Shown here one piece after another: positions 28,866-32,000 of a DNA stretch of 32,000 nucleotides. Under the pieces are notes generated by a model. The model was not told the origin of the DNA, ran no database searches, and saw only the letters and a program-made list of their open reading frames with translations. The stretch comes from Candidatus Helarchaeota ASGARD archaeon Hel_GB_B (lineage in GTDB: Archaea > Asgardarchaeota > Lokiarchaeia > Helarchaeales > HEL-GB-B), in contig SUPR01000010.1 in the NCBI GenBank assembly GCA_005191425.1, positions 21,014 to 53,013 of the forward strand, given 5' to 3'. How positions within the stretch are numbered: the stretch's first letter is position 1; every line of letters begins with the position of its first letter. A program made the position numbers and the translations under genes.

Positions 28866-29846
28866 ATGGATGAAGATCTAACAGATCCCCAATTACTTCA
28901 AATGTTCGAGATAATGTATAAAATACGACAATTTGAACTTACGGCATACGATTTATTGGGACAAAATATGATACCCGGTACTTTACATACATATGCAGGT
29001 GAAGAAGCTGTCGCAACAGGAGTTTGTCTTAATTTAACTGATGAAGATTATGTTTCAAGCACTCACAGAGGACATGGACATTGTATCGCAAAAGGTGCAG
29101 ATATAAACAAGATGATGGCTGAATTATTTGGGAAAAAAACAGGCTATTGCAAAGGAAAAGGGGGGTCAATGCATATTACAGATTTTAAAGTCGGGATGCT
29201 CGGTGCAAATGGAATTGTAGGGGCTGGAATCCCTATTGCTGTAGGAGCAGGTTTGACTTGTAAATTAAAGTACCCAGGAAGAGTTTCGGTCGCTTTTTTT
29301 GGCGATGGTGCCTCAAATCAAGGTACATTTCATGAAAGTATTAATTTAGCTGCTGCATGGAATTTACCAGTTATTTTTGTTTGCGAAAATAATCTTTATG
29401 CTATGGGAACTGATATTAGAAAAGTAACAGCAAACCCAAATATTGCTGATAGGGCAATAGGATATGGAATTAAAGGCATTATTGCAGATGGAATGGACGT
29501 TTTAGATGTATATAAAAAAGCAAAAGAAGCAATTGAACACGCTAGAAATGGCGGTGGACCAACGCTTTTGGAATGTAAAACATATAGAATTAAAGGCCAT
29601 TCCAGATATGATCCTGCATTATATAGACCAAAAGAAGAGGTAGAAGAGTGGATGAAGAGGGATTGTATAACAAATTTTAAAGAAAAAATATTAATAGGTG
29701 AGAAACATATCGACCAAAACGTTATTCACGAAATCGAACAGAAAATCATTAGACAGATTGAACAAGCAGTGAATTTTGCAAAAGAAAGTCCATTTCCTGA
29801 GAATTCATCTGCCCTAGAAGATGTTTATGCGGAGGACTTAAAATGA
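28866..29846 (+). CDS. TPP-dependent 2-oxoacid/acetoin dehydrogenase E1 alpha subunit
   Basis: THRGHGH, GKGGSMH, GDGASNQGTFHE...ENN TPP motif and YR..GHS; pdhA versus acoA not decidable by eye. Confidence 0.92.
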   Translation: MDEDLTDPQLLQMFEIMYKIRQFELTAYDLLGQNMIPGTLHTYAGEEAVATGVCLNLTDEDYVSSTHRGHGHCIAKGADINKMMAELFGKKTGYCKGKGGSMHITDFKVGMLGANGIVGAGIPIAVGAGLTCKLKYPGRVSVAFFGDGASNQGTFHESINLAAAWNLPVIFVCENNLYAMGTDIRKVTANPNIADRAIGYGIKGIIADGMDVLDVYKKAKEAIEHARNGGGPTLLECKTYRIKGHSRYDPALYRPKEEVEEWMKRDCITNFKEKILIGEKHIDQNVIHEIEQKIIRQIEQAVNFAKESPFPENSSALEDVYAEDLK

Positions 29847-30820
29847 GAGAAATTAAATATGTAGAAGCACTAAATGAAGCACTTAAAGAAGAAATGGAGA
29901 GGGATCCAGATGTTATTTTACTGGGCGAAGATATTGGAAAAGAATGGCAGGGAGCATTTAAAGTTACAAAAGGTCTTGAAGAAATTTTCGGCCCAGAAAG
30001 AGTAAGGAATACACCAATTTCTGAAAATAGTTTTGTAGGGTGTGGTGTTGGCGCTGCAATGACAGGTCTGAAACCAGTCGTAGAAATTATGTTTGGAGAC
30101 CTTATATTACTTGCAATGGACCAAATTATAAACCAAGCTGCAAAAATGCGATATATGTCAGGAGGTCAAGCTTCGGTACCCATCGTGATACGGACACCAT
30201 TTGGCTCAGGAGGTTCCTATGCATCACACCACTCTCAAAGCTTAGAAGCTTTATTCACACATATCCCCGGTCTTATAGTTGTCCAACCAAGTACACCCTA
30301 CGACGCAAAAGGACTATTAAAAACAGCAATAAGGTCCATTGATCCTGTTATGTTTTTTGAACATAAATTTATTTATAAGAAGAGTGGCCCAGTTCCTGAG
30401 GACGAATATCTAATCCCATTTGGAGAAGCCGATATTAAAATAGAGGGCTCAGATTTAACAATAATTGCAACTTCCATGATGGTATGGCATTCTATAAAAG
30501 TTGCAAAAGAGTTAAAAAATGAGGGTATTTCTGTTGAGGTAGTAGACCCTCGAACTCTTGTACCACTTGATAAAAAGACCATTTCTGATTCAGTCAAAAA
30601 AACAGGTAGAGCCTTAATTGTCCATGAAGCAGTGTCAAGAGGTGGATTTTCAGGGGAAATAACAAAAATGATTATTGATGAAGCATTTGACTACCTGGAT
30701 GCACCTATCAAAACATTAGGGGGCTTACCTACACCTATCCCATTTACCCCAAACTTAGAAAAATTTGTCGTACCAGACCCCAAGAGAATTAAGAAAGCTG
30801 TAATTGAACTTGTGCCATAG
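29843..30820 (+). CDS. TPP-dependent 2-oxoacid/acetoin dehydrogenase E1 beta subunit
   Basis: LGEDIG, TPISE, VVEIMF, HHSQSLE, DPVMFFEHK and VDPRTLVPLD motifs; ATGA overlap with the alpha subunit. Confidence 0.93.
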   Translation: MREIKYVEALNEALKEEMERDPDVILLGEDIGKEWQGAFKVTKGLEEIFGPERVRNTPISENSFVGCGVGAAMTGLKPVVEIMFGDLILLAMDQIINQAAKMRYMSGGQASVPIVIRTPFGSGGSYASHHSQSLEALFTHIPGLIVVQPSTPYDAKGLLKTAIRSIDPVMFFEHKFIYKKSGPVPEDEYLIPFGEADIKIEGSDLTIIATSMMVWHSIKVAKELKNEGISVEVVDPRTLVPLDKKTISDSVKKTGRALIVHEAVSRGGFSGEITKMIIDEAFDYLDAPIKTLGGLPTPIPFTPNLEKFVVPDPKRIKKAVIELVP

Positions 30821-30911
30821 ACGGACGCTTTTAATAATTTAATAACATTCTCTAAATTTTTCAACTTTCTTATTTATATTTAGAACAGAATTTAACTCAA
30901 GGGTTTATTCA

Positions 30912-30988
30912 TTTTCCTATGCTAATAATAGGAGAATAAATTTTATATCTATTCAACACGAACAGATACTGGCGTGACCCCAAACGCC
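30912..30988 (-). other. Hairpins at the tnpB 3' end (candidate omega/reRNA and right-end structure)
   Basis: Minus strand: GGCGU-UUGGGGUC-ACGCC (30988-30971) inside the tnpB 3' end and UUCUCCUAU-UAUUAGC-AUAGGAAAA (30936-30912) downstream of the stop. Exact right end not identifiable. Confidence 0.4.
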
Positions 30989-31770
30989 TCTATCCCGTCC
31001 ACTTTATCAAAAGCTTTCGGGACTGCTTTTTTTATTATGTTGTATGCACCATTAACGTCTGCATTGATCAATTTGGCACTCCTTGTCTTGAATAGTCCCC
31101 TCTTGACTCTCCTTCCAGCATAATGCTCGTGATGTTCGATGGATTCTCCATCTAGAAAGCTACATTTTGACGTGTGACTTTCATCCACCAGCTCCACGTT
31201 CATGCCGACCAAGAGTGCCTTGTATTGGATCATCTTGACCAAATTTAAGAACGGGACTTGCACGAAATTTTGGTTGGTCCTCCTTCCCATCTTGATTTTT
31301 TGCTTCCATCCCTGATTATATCCAATGATTATCCTGCCAAAATCATTCTCGATGCAATATTGAATTATCTTTCGAGAGATCTTGTGGAAAACATCCATTA
31401 TCTTGTTGTTTCTTTTTAATGTCAATTGTTGAATGCGTTTCGTTTCAAACTTGTATCCTTGTTTGCTCTTGATTGATCTGAGCTTTGCTAATTGCTTGTT
31501 GTAATACTGATTTATGGACTTGACGATCCCGCCTTTAATAATGAAGGGCTCCAACCCCGCATTATTTACGACAGTTACGAGATTGTTCAAGCCCAAATCA
31601 ATGCCCATAATTCTGTTTTTATCCAATTCTAAGTTAATTTCCTCCTGTTCATAGATAATTTCTAGTATATATACAATACCTTTTGGGATAATTCTGACCT
31701 CATGTATCCCACTTGTTATTCTTGTCTTTACAGTTAAACCTATTTTTTTAGGAAATTGTAGCGGACGTAC
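30949..31770 (-). pseudogene. tnpB: 5'-truncated TnpB (IS200/IS605- or IS607-associated RNA-guided nuclease)
   Basis: The frame is open upstream of the called TTG (LQFPKKIGLTVKTRITSGIHEVRIIPKG...LELDKNRIMGIDLG) to a TAG at 31771-31773. RuvC-I GIDLG, GYN..WKQ, DESHTSKC, RGLF and NADVNGAYNI are present; the N-terminal third is missing. Visibly GC-richer than host genes. Confidence 0.88.
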
Positions 31771-32000
31771 CTATCTTCGTTGATTGCCACCACGAGATAC
31801 CAAACACGTCCATTAATTTTAATAAAAGTTTCATCGACTAAAAGTATATTACTATGAATGAGTGTATTCCAAGCAAGTTTTACTTCAATTGAGTCATTAA
31901 CAGCGACCATTATTTCTTTCACTATAGTAGAAGCATATGAATTAGAGCAATTAAGAAATATACTGATTTGTTTTAAATTAATATTACCATTTTTAAAGAA
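31740..32000 (-). mobile_element. DDE transposase fragment (IS6-like DETFIK motif), 3'-truncated, continues past the right edge
   Basis: The frame is open to 32000: ...LKQISIFLNCSNSYASTIVKEI (HTH-like)...LLVDETFIKINGRVWYLVVAINEDRYV, then runs out of frame into tnpB sequence and stops at 31740. Confidence 0.72.

Noticed and set aside
2008-31922. Short ORF-track entries overlapping larger genes (2008, 3355, 5538, 6025, 6164, 6584, 7690, 12751, 13217, 14403, 15698, 15992, 16337, 16638, 16982, 18885, 23509, 24729, 27943, 30040, 30373)
   Set aside because: They are antisense or alternate-frame shadows of well-supported genes, with no motifs and composition typical of reverse-complement codon bias.

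Overview
Very AT-rich archaeal chromosomal window, most likely from an Asgard archaeon (Lokiarchaeia/Helarchaeales-like). The taxon is inferred from a Loki-type histone, a full-length PSTK, a candidate stand-alone longin-domain protein, SCP2 proteins and a PGF/Loki-CTERM surface protein. Left part: a PLP-dependent D-cysteine desulfhydrase-family gene running off the left edge, pstK, a COG1665-like nucleotidyltransferase, three unknown helical/coiled-coil proteins, a zinc-ribbon + CdvA-like coiled-coil protein, an 8-Cys protein, a candidate box C/D-type small RNA absent from the ORF track, tatD and thiD. Middle: a membrane-anchored protein with two M23-like repeats, a convergent SCP2-FeADH >< ferredoxin-AOR-SCP2 module, an MNT-domain protein, an Hsp20-like gene whose ribosome-binding site and start codon are tandemly duplicated, a 7-blade beta-propeller surface protein and iorAB. 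Right part: an uncalled 55-aa zinc finger, a UbiA/DPPR-synthase-like gene, a histone, two Zn-dependent dehydrogenases flanking the longin-like gene, and TPP-dependent E1 alpha/beta. The window ends in a chimeric mobile-element scar: a DDE transposase joined directly to a 5'-truncated TnpB with a rearranged RuvC site. No rRNA, tRNA or CRISPR array was seen. All family assignments come from motif recognition by eye; no searches were run.
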